DNA of 64,000 nt from Theionarchaea archaeon (GTDB lineage Archaea > Methanobacteriota_B > Thermococci > Methanofastidiosales > SZ-28-30): NCBI GenBank assembly GCA_018992685.1, contig JACVGT010000002.1, positions 16,294-80,293 of the forward strand. The letters are read 5' to 3'. How positions within the stretch are numbered: the stretch's first letter is position 1; the number at the start of each line of letters is the position of its first letter. The position numbers and the translations under genes are program-made. The notes beneath the pieces were generated by a model that saw nothing but the letters and a program-made list of their open reading frames with translations, made no database searches and was not told the origin of the DNA. This document shows, in pieces, positions 8,637-17,827 of the stretch.

Positions 8637-9564
8637 AGATGGTCACCGGTATAAGTTCCACCTTCCCATTGTACAGATGAACGATCCCGGTCACCGTGAG
8701 GGACTGATCTTCATGAAATGAGTTCACATCCACCTGCAACTGAGACTGCAAATCAGAGAAAATAGGGACAAGAATCGATCCTGTAGAATCTTCAATCACC
8801 ATGAAAATGTGTCCATTGGATGCAGTCACTGATTCAATGATGCCCGATATGGTTATGGGGTATCCTTCAGGCATTCTTCTTGCCTGCGCAATAGAGTCTA
8901 CTGCCAGGGGTTCCCAGGTGTAGTAGAGAACTCTTACCGTTTGGCCACTCTGGACGCCGAACCCCTTGACGGTACCTGGAGAAAGTGGACAGAAGGAGAC
9001 AAATGTGCGGTAGTCTCCGTACAGGAGAAATGTACTGGAGCTACCTCCAGTTGAAATGTCACATATTCTTCCTTCCAAAGACACCAACGGGATCTGGAGA
9101 CACCTTTCAATAAGGAGCTGACCTTCCTTCGTTGATCCTGCGAGAGCGTAGTCGCCGTCCGCCAGTGGGACAGAGAATGTACCCTGTTCTGTGTACAATA
9201 CTGAATTGACACATCTTCCATAAATGACGTTGGCTGCGCTCCATTTCTTGGGGATAAGTTCGAGCCTTCCTTTGTACAACGATACTGTCCCCTCGACCTG
9301 GAGTAAATCTCCCACCGATATCTTGTCTGAAAAATTGAATAAAGGTACCAGAATAGGAGAACCATCAAAAAGCGTAACAAAGGTGTGCTCTTGATTCTGG
9401 AACGTTTCCCACACAATGCCTTCACAGGCAACGTATGAGCCGGGCTCACTCACAGATGATATCGGACATAGTACAGGATGTGACAGATGGACTGCAGCGG
9501 CCAGCCCGGCTAGGCCGCACACAGCACAGACTGCAGCCCCCATGGTAATGCCCATGTTTTTCAT
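8629..9564 (-). CDS. Membrane-anchored multi-OB-fold protein
   Basis: N-terminal hydrophobic segment; OB-fold patterns VEGTVSLYKGRLELIP and HIFMVIEDSTGSI...VTGIVHLYNGKVELIP. Confidence 0.7.
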   Translation of the reverse strand: MKNMGITMGAAVCAVCGLAGLAAAVHLSHPVLCPISSVSEPGSYVACEGIVWETFQNQEHTFVTLFDGSPILVPLFNFSDKISVGDLLQVEGTVSLYKGRLELIPKKWSAANVIYGRCVNSVLYTEQGTFSVPLADGDYALAGSTKEGQLLIERCLQIPLVSLEGRICDISTGGSSSTFLLYGDYRTFVSFCPLSPGTVKGFGVQSGQTVRVLYYTWEPLAVDSIAQARRMPEGYPITISGIIESVTASNGHIFMVIEDSTGSILVPIFSDLQSQLQVDVNSFHEDQSLTVTGIVHLYNGKVELIPVTICA

Positions 9565-9742
9565 GAGGCGTCCCCTCTGTAAGAGGCTATAACCCTTTGG
9601 TGTGCACTTCAGAGTGCTGACTGATAGATACTGATAGTAGGAAAGGAAAACCTTTTAACGGTTTAGTGGAATGTCTGTACATCATGAGCTCTTCACATTC
9701 AATGAGATATTGCTTGAAGAGTTCTCTCGCGGAAGTGGGATC

Positions 9743-10435
9743 GTGAAATACCAATGGGTCATTTCTGTTCTGGTAGGGATGGTGCTTCTTACACCACTTG
9801 GCCAGGCCGGTACCGAGTATGTGTGGACTGAGAGAGGGTGTAATGCATCATATACTGTTGGAGAGAAGATCACAGTCTATTTTGTAACGATCAAGGATGT
9901 AGAATTTGAATTGTGGGCCTATGACGTTCTTATGAGAGAAACCGTGCTTGCATCAGGAGTAGGTGACGGAAGTACTTTCTTCGTTGAAGTAACTGCATCC
10001 ATGCCGTCTGGCCCGTTCACCTTTGTGCTGAAGATGCCCTGCAATGAGGAATGCGAGGCATGTCTGTGTGATCTTGACCAGTGTACGCTGCACATCCAGG
10101 AGGAGGAGTGCGAAGGCCACTGCTCCAACGGCAAGCAGGACTGCGGAGAACGCGGTATAGACTGCGGCGGGGGATGTCCCTTCACGGATTCTGATGATGA
10201 TGGAATAGAAGATTGCAGGGACCAATGTCCTGATACTGAGTGCAGAAGTATTAGTTTGAATGGATGCGAATTGGATTCAGATGGTGATTCCATCGGCGAT
10301 TGTTCGGACCAGTGTCCTTTGAGGAGAGGAGACTTATCCAATGGTGGATGCCCCACCGGGATGAATTATCCCCTGTATCTGGTAGGGGGTGTAGCAATTG
10401 TGGCAGCAGGCATTGCCGTGTGGAAGCTCAGATAG
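9743..10435 (+). CDS. Secreted/surface Cys-rich protein with thrombospondin type-3-like Ca-binding repeats and C-terminal TM anchor
   Basis: Signal peptide from GTG 9743; CSNGKQDCGERGIDCGGGC; DSDDDGIEDCRDQCP and DSDGDSIGDCSDQCP repeats; C-terminal TM plus KLR. Confidence 0.75.
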   Translation: MKYQWVISVLVGMVLLTPLGQAGTEYVWTERGCNASYTVGEKITVYFVTIKDVEFELWAYDVLMRETVLASGVGDGSTFFVEVTASMPSGPFTFVLKMPCNEECEACLCDLDQCTLHIQEEECEGHCSNGKQDCGERGIDCGGGCPFTDSDDDGIEDCRDQCPDTECRSISLNGCELDSDGDSIGDCSDQCPLRRGDLSNGGCPTGMNYPLYLVGGVAIVAAGIAVWKLR

Positions 10436-10439
10436 CAGG

Positions 10440-10862
10440 TTATTTCTGTTCAGGGCAGCATTCTCCTCTAGGTATGCCGTTCCCGTGTGGGCATTCCCGC
10501 GGATGATCCAGGAATATGCACAGCTTTGTGGCAACTTCGCTTGAAATTGAATGCTCGCAAGAACAGGCAATTTCCTCAATATCTCTCCTGTCGATGTGAA
10601 CTACTCTGTTCAGAAGCACTTCCATGAGTCTGTGGGCTCTTACTATTTGTTTGGCCTCTGTCTCCCCCTTTTCGGTCATAATAATCCCCTTTTGCCTTCT
10701 GTACGTGACCAGCCCCTTTTTCTCCAGTTTTCTCAACATTTCTACGGCACTGGGGGGCTGCACATCCAGCAGCTGGGCTATATCCCTGATTCGACAGATA
10801 CTGTCACCGCTTTCCCTCAGGTACCACAGAGCTTCCAGATATTCTTCCCCGCTTTCACTCAT
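10440..10862 (-). CDS. DtxR/MntR-family metal-dependent transcriptional regulator
   Basis: EEYLEALW, HTH IAQLLDVQPPSAVEMLRKL, RAHRLME, CEH, CPHGNGIP. Start ATG 10862 overlaps the feoB stop. Confidence 0.92.
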   Translation of the reverse strand: MSESGEEYLEALWYLRESGDSICRIRDIAQLLDVQPPSAVEMLRKLEKKGLVTYRRQKGIIMTEKGETEAKQIVRAHRLMEVLLNRVVHIDRRDIEEIACSCEHSISSEVATKLCIFLDHPRECPHGNGIPRGECCPEQK

Positions 10863-12760
10863 ATCAAAATCCCTCCTGCTCTCACCAAGAGAGCCAGAAT
10901 CACCGCCAGCCCAGTTGTCAAGAATACAATGGACACCGTTCTTTGGATCCCAAATTCCTTTAACAGAACGCCAATGGTAGCAACACATGGAACATAAAAC
11001 ATGACGAACACCGTGAATGTCAAGACCTGTACTCGTGTCAGAACGTTGAGCACCTGAGATGTACCCAGAGCCTGGATCAACATGACCAGAGAGAGTTCTT
11101 TCTTCAATACACCAAATACGAGAGTCACTCCCACTGCAGCGGGGAGGCCCAGCACCATTGTGATTGGGCTGAGAGCCTGGTTAATGGAGAAATCAACTCC
11201 TACGTAGGTCATGAGACTGAGCACAGAACTTCCTCCTATGAGAAGAGGCCATGCAATGTATATAAACTCTCTCACCCGAAGCCAGGTTTTCAACAACACG
11301 TTCTTTACAGAAGGAACGTGGTACGTTGGAATTTCAAGGATGAGTCCCGGGGTAACCTCCGGCATGAACCGAGACATGACAAGACCCAGTGCTACGACCA
11401 CTACTATATTGAAGGCGTAAAGACCTAAAGCAGCATTGGGAGATATGAAAAAGGCTACCAACCCTAAAATTACGGTAGTCCGGGCAGCACAGGGTATAAG
11501 AGTTGATAAGGTGGCTGTAATGAAACGATCCCGTTCAGATTCCAGAATTCGAGTGGCCATTATTGCAGGAACAGTACACCCATACCCCAGTATGACGGGT
11601 ATTACAGCCTTCCCGTGGAGACCAATCCTGTGCAGGAACGTATCCATGAGAAAAGCTATCCGGGGCAAGTACCCGATATCTTCTAGAATGGCAAGTCCAA
11701 TCAGGAAAGGGACCAGGTAGGGCAGGACAATACCCACCCCTCCAGAGAATCCTTCCAGCACGCCTTCAGCCATTTCCAGTGGCAGCCCGCTCAGATACTC
11801 CGACAGGTGAGGCATGAGGTGTTCAAACGCGTGAAGAACGTAAGATTCCACGATTTGGCCAATTCCGAAAACCACATTAAAAAAGACGTAGAGGATAACA
11901 GCCAGGGCAACATATCCTCCGTACCTGTGCATTAGTACATCATCGAGCCGGTCTCTCAGAGAGATCTCGGGCTCTGTGACTACTCCTACTTTTTCGAAAA
12001 TATTCATAGCCTGGGCGTGCCTTTCTGAGGAGATTACTACATCTGCAGCTCTTCCGTGGGATTTTTCCAGTCGGCTTTGAAAGGTTCGCACCTTCTCCAG
12101 GATTTGTGAGTCTCCAATCGATTCTATGAAAAACTGGTCATTCTCCAGGAGTTTCAGTGCCAGAAGTCTGGATGGCACGTTTAAGGTTTCACTCTCTCCT
12201 ATGAGTTCTCTTTCCAGTTCTGTTATAACCTTCTCGATATCTTTGCTGAACTCAATCTTGTGAGACAGGGTTCCTGCTCGAGCAGTGGCTATGGCAGCCT
12301 GGAATACTTCTCTGATTCCCTTTCCCTTGACTGCAACAGCAGTTACCACTGGGATTCCCAAAATTCTCTTCAGCTGCTCTGTGTCTATATGTATTCCCTT
12401 TCGTTCTGCTTCATCCATCATGTTCAAGACAAGTACCAGAGGAATATCCAACTCTGCGATCTGAATGGTTAGTTCCAGGCTTCGTGACAGCCGGGAAGCG
12501 TCAACTACATTGACGACCACGTCTGCTTCCTTTCGCAACAAGTACGTGCGGGCTTCAAGTTCTGCAAGATCAAAAGAAGTCAAGGAATACGTTCCCGGAA
12601 GATCCACCACATCCAGGATCTGACCTGAAAACTGAACACGGGATTCGTTGTATTTCACCGTTTTTCCAGGGAAATTGGAGGTCACTGTCTTGTATCCAGC
12701 GATTTGGTTGAAAAGGGTACTCTTGCCGGAATTGGGTTGTCCTGCCATGGCCACGATCAT
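10859..12760 (-). CDS. feoB: Ferrous iron transport protein B
   Basis: GQPNSGKS, NFPGKTV, DLPGTYSL, NMMD GTPase motifs; gate motifs GYGCTVPA, PCAAR, FYVPC. Confidence 0.96.
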   Translation of the reverse strand: MIVAMAGQPNSGKSTLFNQIAGYKTVTSNFPGKTVKYNESRVQFSGQILDVVDLPGTYSLTSFDLAELEARTYLLRKEADVVVNVVDASRLSRSLELTIQIAELDIPLVLVLNMMDEAERKGIHIDTEQLKRILGIPVVTAVAVKGKGIREVFQAAIATARAGTLSHKIEFSKDIEKVITELERELIGESETLNVPSRLLALKLLENDQFFIESIGDSQILEKVRTFQSRLEKSHGRAADVVISSERHAQAMNIFEKVGVVTEPEISLRDRLDDVLMHRYGGYVALAVILYVFFNVVFGIGQIVESYVLHAFEHLMPHLSEYLSGLPLEMAEGVLEGFSGGVGIVLPYLVPFLIGLAILEDIGYLPRIAFLMDTFLHRIGLHGKAVIPVILGYGCTVPAIMATRILESERDRFITATLSTLIPCAARTTVILGLVAFFISPNAALGLYAFNIVVVVALGLVMSRFMPEVTPGLILEIPTYHVPSVKNVLLKTWLRVREFIYIAWPLLIGGSSVLSLMTYVGVDFSINQALSPITMVLGLPAAVGVTLVFGVLKKELSLVMLIQALGTSQVLNVLTRVQVLTFTVFVMFYVPCVATIGVLLKEFGIQRTVSIVFLTTGLAVILALLVRAGGILI

Positions 12761-12996
12761 CTGATAACCTCAACTGTCACCTTCATGGCAACCCCTCGTC
12801 CCAGAGCGACCTCACACGAGTTGACCTGCACTCTGACTGGACCTCTCCACAGGCTAGAGTTGGCCATGGTCACGACCTGTCCCGGGAGTATCCCCATCTC
12901 ACACAGTCTCTGTCTGAGACCCCATCCTCCCTGCACTTCTACCACTGTTGCCTTTTGGCCAGGTTCCAGAGTATCCAATGTCTGAATTAGGCTCAC
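12757..12996 (-). CDS. feoA: Ferrous iron transport protein A
   Basis: RLCEMGILPG...GPVRVQV...VALGRG; directly upstream of feoB. Confidence 0.92.
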   Translation of the reverse strand: MSLIQTLDTLEPGQKATVVEVQGGWGLRQRLCEMGILPGQVVTMANSSLWRGPVRVQVNSCEVALGRGVAMKVTVEVIR

Positions 12997-13000
12997 CTAA
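12987..13000. promoter_or_regulatory. Putative DtxR/SirR-type operator TTAGG-N4-CCTAA over the feoA start
   Basis: TTAGGCTCACCTAA inverted repeat just downstream of a minus-strand TTTATAA TATA box (~13020..13027); a DtxR gene is in the same operon. Confidence 0.7.
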
Positions 13001-13278
13001 CTTTCTAGTGAGGGCAAACTTATAAACCTTACGGTTGCTGAAGTGCTTGGAACTGAGGTGGCCTTTGAGGTGACTTTGTCAGTATAATCTCCACACAACA
13101 CAAGGTCTCAGGTAGAATTGGGCTGGTAAAGAGGTATTATTCAGGTTCAAGCTTAGAATACCTTCAAAAGGAATGTAAGAAGAAAAGTATTTAAGGAAAG
13201 CAGAGGAAAAAGAGAAAGAGAGTCTTGGAGTTATTGTCTTGCATCAGAATGAGTCCTATGAATGTGGAGGGAAACAAA

Positions 13279-14034
13279 ATGAGAGAACGAAACCCGAGAG
13301 ACTGGAAGACTCCGGAATTCTGCTTGGTTGTGGTCATGTTAGCGGTGCTTGTTCTTCTGGTTGGAATAGTGCTGTGGATGCCAATCAATATCCCTGCTGC
13401 GGACAAAACAACGACAGGGAAGGACCTTCTTGAATATCGGAGAACTATCCTGACTGTCATAATCACTGCCTTTGGTGCATGGGTAGGGGCAGGAGCTGCG
13501 TATTTTTTTGGGCGTGAGAACCTTCGTGAGGCTGCGGAAAGTCTGCTGGAAATGCGGCAGCTCACACCGAGAGAATTTCTCCGCAGAATCCAAGTTCAAG
13601 AGATCCCGCCCAGAAAATTGACGTGGCGTGTCAAAAAAAGTGACAACATCAGGGACATCTTGGAAAGGCTCAGAAAAGATCCCAGCTACTGGTTTATTCC
13701 GGTTGTCACAGATAAAAACACTCTGGAAACTGTCATCCATGAAGAGGCTGTGTGGCGATTCATAGACAGTAAGACCGAAGAGAAGATTGAACGTGACAAG
13801 ATTGTGGGTGCGACAGTCTCGGATGTGCTTGACTACCTTAAGGGAAATGAGGATCTCAATAAGGTCGTTTCAGGGGCGTACGTACTAGTCAGTATGGATC
13901 AGAGTCTTGCAGACGCCGCAGACCTCATGGATGATAGAAATGTGAGTCTTGCCATCGTGAGAGATGAGGCAGGTATCCCCGTGGGATTTATCACTACAAA
14001 GGACGTGAGGGAAGCGCTCTTCCGATCCAGATAG
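13279..14034 (+). CDS. Two-TM membrane protein with C-terminal CBS-domain pair
   Basis: Two hydrophobic helices, then IPVVTD and DQSLADAADLMDDRNVSLAIVRDEAGIPVGFITTKDV (CBS). GGAGG RBS before ATG 13279. Confidence 0.75.
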   Translation: MRERNPRDWKTPEFCLVVVMLAVLVLLVGIVLWMPINIPAADKTTTGKDLLEYRRTILTVIITAFGAWVGAGAAYFFGRENLREAAESLLEMRQLTPREFLRRIQVQEIPPRKLTWRVKKSDNIRDILERLRKDPSYWFIPVVTDKNTLETVIHEEAVWRFIDSKTEEKIERDKIVGATVSDVLDYLKGNEDLNKVVSGAYVLVSMDQSLADAADLMDDRNVSLAIVRDEAGIPVGFITTKDVREALFRSR

Positions 14035-14245
14035 AGTCTTTGACGTCTCAGCTGAAGTCTTTCTGTGCCTGACGAATTGCTCGTTCGGTATACGCAAGTA
14101 GTGTTACGCTTGAAGAGTTGGCAATAATTCTTTAAGCGGCAAAGGTCGAACGATTCAAAACTTATTTATTGGGACACGTCATTGAATGAATAGTGCACAG
14201 AGAACGTGACATCGAGGAGAAGGAGGAAAAGAGGGAGAAAGGATC

Positions 14246-15328
14246 ATGGACTTAACAACATCTGAAAAGAAACTCCTCACACTCATTGGAAAGAATCCCT
14301 CACATACCAGGTCGGAATTGCTGCATGAGCTCAATTACAAACGGGCCACTACACTGAGCAGTAAAATGAGTGAATTGAAAGAGTCTGGATATATCAAGGG
14401 GCCATACTACCACGTCAATCTGAATGCTGTATGTGAGACTCCCGTATTCAGCATGTTGGTTGAAATTCGATTCAGCCCCCACAACTACGATGTGGTCTTC
14501 AAGAGTATTCTATGCATTGACTGCTGGGAGTGGATTTTTCCCGCCATACAGGGAGAGACACTCTTCGCATTTTTCAGATCCTGCGACTGTTCTCATCTCC
14601 ACAGGTTGCTGAACTTTCTGAGGAATAGGGGGTTCATTGAGTACCGCTCATATTCTTCTCAGAACAGGTGGTTTGTGCAGAACCCAGACTTCTCAGGAAA
14701 CATTTTTCCACAGACGTCTGATCTTTTTCGTCCTGTAGACATTGAGCTCTGCTATCCACATAAGGCTCATGACACCACGTGGCAATTTATCGATCTAAAA
14801 GTGATGCAATACCTCCAGGTGAGAACCAGCAGCATAACAGAAATACAGAAACTGGAAATGAACCTGCATAAGAGGTTCTGGAGGCGCCATCAAATCAAAT
14901 ACAGCATTAGGAAGATTACTGAAGCGGGAATTGCGGAAAGAAAACATTACAACATTTCTCCCTATCCTCGAGGTGAGGAGTATGCATTTCTGTTGATGAT
15001 TGAAGGTGACAGCATGGATGTTCTGCAGTTCATTTCGAATTTTGGCGAAGGATGCAGACTGTATAAGGCCTTCACGATAAGTGGTGAGACAGGGTTTCTA
15101 TGGTGCTGGTGCAACCCCCAGGTCGGTCCAACGTTGATGAAGAGGCTTGATGGTCTTCGTCCGCGAATCGAAGCCCGCTGCCTCCCATTGAAATCCAGGG
15201 GATACGATGATACCCTGAAGAAATCGTTTAACGAAGAGTATTTTGATCTTGAAAAGCAGAAGTGGACGTTTCGCTTCAAGAAATGCGAAGATGAAATAAA
15301 AAAGATAATGGAAAGAAAGAACGAATAG
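14246..15328 (+). CDS. Winged-helix (tandem Lrp/AsnC-like) transcriptional regulator
   Basis: N-terminal HTH (LTTSEKKLL...TLSSKMSELKESGYI) and a second HTH-like unit (IDLKVMQYLQ...IKYSIRKITEAGI). Confidence 0.55.
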   Translation: MDLTTSEKKLLTLIGKNPSHTRSELLHELNYKRATTLSSKMSELKESGYIKGPYYHVNLNAVCETPVFSMLVEIRFSPHNYDVVFKSILCIDCWEWIFPAIQGETLFAFFRSCDCSHLHRLLNFLRNRGFIEYRSYSSQNRWFVQNPDFSGNIFPQTSDLFRPVDIELCYPHKAHDTTWQFIDLKVMQYLQVRTSSITEIQKLEMNLHKRFWRRHQIKYSIRKITEAGIAERKHYNISPYPRGEEYAFLLMIEGDSMDVLQFISNFGEGCRLYKAFTISGETGFLWCWCNPQVGPTLMKRLDGLRPRIEARCLPLKSRGYDDTLKKSFNEEYFDLEKQKWTFRFKKCEDEIKKIMERKNE

Positions 15329-15641
15329 ATGCTTTTCAGCAGGGAGTGTCTTTATCATCACCTTCAACTCCCCCACAGGGGGTTATTCTCCAGATGATGT
15401 CCGGAAGAACTGATTTCTGTATTGTATTGTACATTCTAGACCACCTAGTGGGTGGATTGAGCAGGTACTTAAGAATCGTTTCGCCTTTATTACATATGCG
15501 AGGGATTCTCAAAATTTAAGAATTCACTGGGTTCAGATATGGGAACCCTCTCATATCTTTGGGAACCGGTGCGAGCAGAACCCGAGGGAACCCGGCGGAA
15601 GAGAAATCAGTCTGAGACTGGAGAGAGCCCTGCAACCATGA

Positions 15642-17003
15642 TCATCCCTCTGGAGGGGTGATGAGATCCATTTCGAAACTGACAAGTGCATTGTATGCCC
15701 TTCTGACATCTTCTGAGGTCCCTGTTTGCAGCGCCTCCCTGTATTTTTCTTCAAGGAATTCTCTCTTTTCTTTCGCACTGATCTCTCTGACGTTTCGTTT
15801 CACTTTTCTGATCTCTACAGAGTCACCCAGCTGTTCATAGAGATGAAGACTTCTCTCCCAGTGTTCCCTGGCTCTGGCCAAGTCTTCTTTCCGGGCATAG
15901 CACAGTCCTTCATTATGAAGCGTGCCTGCAGTCCTGAATGCACAATTTCCTGCCAGGGCCAATGCTTTCTCAAACAATGCCAGAGCATCATCAATGTCAT
16001 CATTCATGTAGAGGCAGGAACCCAGATTGTTCAACACATCTGACAGCAGTGGGATATCCTGCACATCTTGAGCAATTCCTTGGCACCTTCTGTAGTAGTG
16101 CTCTGCCACTAGGAAGCTCGATCTCTTGTATGACACGTTTCCCAGTCCCTTCAATGCGTATGCCCTCCCTCTGTCGTCTCCTGTCTCTCCACATATCCCC
16201 TCCATGCGGAGAAATGTTGCCTCTGCCTTGGCCAGGTCACCCTTCAATTCATAGACGTTTCCTAAAGTATAAAGTGCCCAGATACTCTGAGAGTTGTCCA
16301 ACCCATCAGGGAGGACAGCATCCAAGGCATGAAAAAGTGCTGTGTCATCCTCCTCTCGTTCTCGCGTTACTTTCTCAAGTATCTTCTTGAGAGCAGTATC
16401 CCATTCCTCAGACGTTCGCAGCCGGGAAGCTGCATCCGCCTTTGTCATGTAAAAGATTTCTTCCCCTTTTTTCGAAAGTCTGTACTGACTCTGATCAATG
16501 TGGCTCTTTTTCTCATATGCTATGTACCCTTTCATTCTCAGGTGTTTCAAGTTCCGGTAGATGCTTGCTCTTGATACACCCTTTATACCACCAAGATATG
16601 TGTTGAAATAAGCTTCAATTTCTCCTGTTGTAACGAACTGCCTTTTTCCGACCACATGAATGATGTGAACCATGATCTCCCAAGGTTTCACCTCCAATTC
16701 TTCCATTACTTTGATGATTTTCTTTCCAATCTCTGTCTTGAGCTTCTCTGGGGCTGGCTGGGATTTCCTCACGTCTCCGAAGAGGTTTAGCCCTCTTGAC
16801 GTGATTGTGTAGAAAGGAGGAATATCCTGCTTTTCGACTTTCAGGAGGTACTCCTGGGCAAGAAGCTTGAGCAGAATAGACTGGGCGCTGCCACCCCCAA
16901 GTTTTCTGGCTTGATCTTCTGTGATTTTTCTCCCGTGGCGACGTGCGAAGTCCAGCACCTCAACCATGAGCTCAACCTCCTGTTTGTCACTGACAAGAGT
17001 CAT
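15642..17003 (-). CDS. Winged-helix plus TPR-repeat protein (putative regulator)
   Basis: wHTH motif VSRASIYRNLKHLRMKGYI...YRLSKKG; TPRs ALYTLGNVY, ALKGLGNVS, VLNNLGSCL, TLHNEGLCY. Confidence 0.75.
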   Translation of the reverse strand: MTLVSDKQEVELMVEVLDFARRHGRKITEDQARKLGGGSAQSILLKLLAQEYLLKVEKQDIPPFYTITSRGLNLFGDVRKSQPAPEKLKTEIGKKIIKVMEELEVKPWEIMVHIIHVVGKRQFVTTGEIEAYFNTYLGGIKGVSRASIYRNLKHLRMKGYIAYEKKSHIDQSQYRLSKKGEEIFYMTKADAASRLRTSEEWDTALKKILEKVTREREEDDTALFHALDAVLPDGLDNSQSIWALYTLGNVYELKGDLAKAEATFLRMEGICGETGDDRGRAYALKGLGNVSYKRSSFLVAEHYYRRCQGIAQDVQDIPLLSDVLNNLGSCLYMNDDIDDALALFEKALALAGNCAFRTAGTLHNEGLCYARKEDLARAREHWERSLHLYEQLGDSVEIRKVKRNVREISAKEKREFLEEKYREALQTGTSEDVRRAYNALVSFEMDLITPPEG

Positions 17004-17222
17004 GAAGTGTCTGGGGAATTCACTTTAATATGCGTTTTGGAGAGCTGGGCTGCGTTCCCATTACTAGTGATCTGTTCGTTCTTTGCCATAGGGACCCCCT
17101 TTCTTTCAAGTAACAGCTCTAGTGTGGGAAAACGCTGCTTGATAATGAAGCGTCATGACCTCGTCAAAAATCGCTGTATGTACCGTCTCGTACAACCTTT
17201 TTCCACGGTTGAATCAATAGCA

Positions 17223-17639
17223 TTATTGAAAATCCCTTTTATCCATGAGAAAGTCGACAATCTCCATGGAGAACTCAAGGGGAAATTCATTCTCTGACAA
17301 GAGCTTGAGCATCTTTTCTTCGAGGCCCTTGTTGCTTTCAGAATCCACCATGCGAGTCATCCCCGTGAAAAGGACATAAAAGGCTCGAACCACTTTGGGA
17401 GCCATGACGCCCCTGTTCCCCTGGTGTGTTGATGGTTTTCCTGCATCCCTGACTGAGGGTCCCTCGAAATCCCACACTGCATTCCTGGCTGCATGGGCGA
17501 CATTCTTCCGTTCCCCGATGGCTTCCATAAACGTCTCCCATATAATATGGAGGTAGGGGACTTCCTCGGGGTATTCTCGTTCTATGAATTCTTCTGCATA
17601 CTGTCTGACCTTGTCCACGATATCCTCTTTTGTGTTCAT
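17223..17639 (-). CDS. Hypothetical protein, divergent from the CHAT-STAND gene
   Basis: 138-aa ORF with GAGG RBS and protein-like composition; no motif recognised. Confidence 0.6.
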   Translation of the reverse strand: MNTKEDIVDKVRQYAEEFIEREYPEEVPYLHIIWETFMEAIGERKNVAHAARNAVWDFEGPSVRDAGKPSTHQGNRGVMAPKVVRAFYVLFTGMTRMVDSESNKGLEEKMLKLLSENEFPLEFSMEIVDFLMDKRDFQ

Positions 17640-17827
17640 GAATAATCCTCATCCCTCTCTTCTAACGTTCATTGATGCCTTATAAGACTTTATGGTGCTT
17701 CTTCATCTTTCATTTTTTCGTGCCACATCAGGAATGGTGCTGCACGATTCGTGCCAAACCTATAAGAATGTGGGCATGCATGGTAATGGTAGACACTATC
17801 GGGAATTGCACAGAAACGGAGGTTACG

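Noticed and set aside
9743-10435. C-terminal anchors of the Cys-rich protein and the TolB-like protein (30861..31907) as further CLGT-tail targets
   Set aside because: Both have a TM plus basic tail but lack the C-L-G-T motif.
10863-10988. N-terminal extensions in the ORF track (DtxR, CPBP, hutI, cbiB, dpdA, CHAT-STAND, hydrolase)
   Set aside because: They overlap neighbouring genes or promoters; downstream starts have an RBS or ATGA coupling and match family N-termini.
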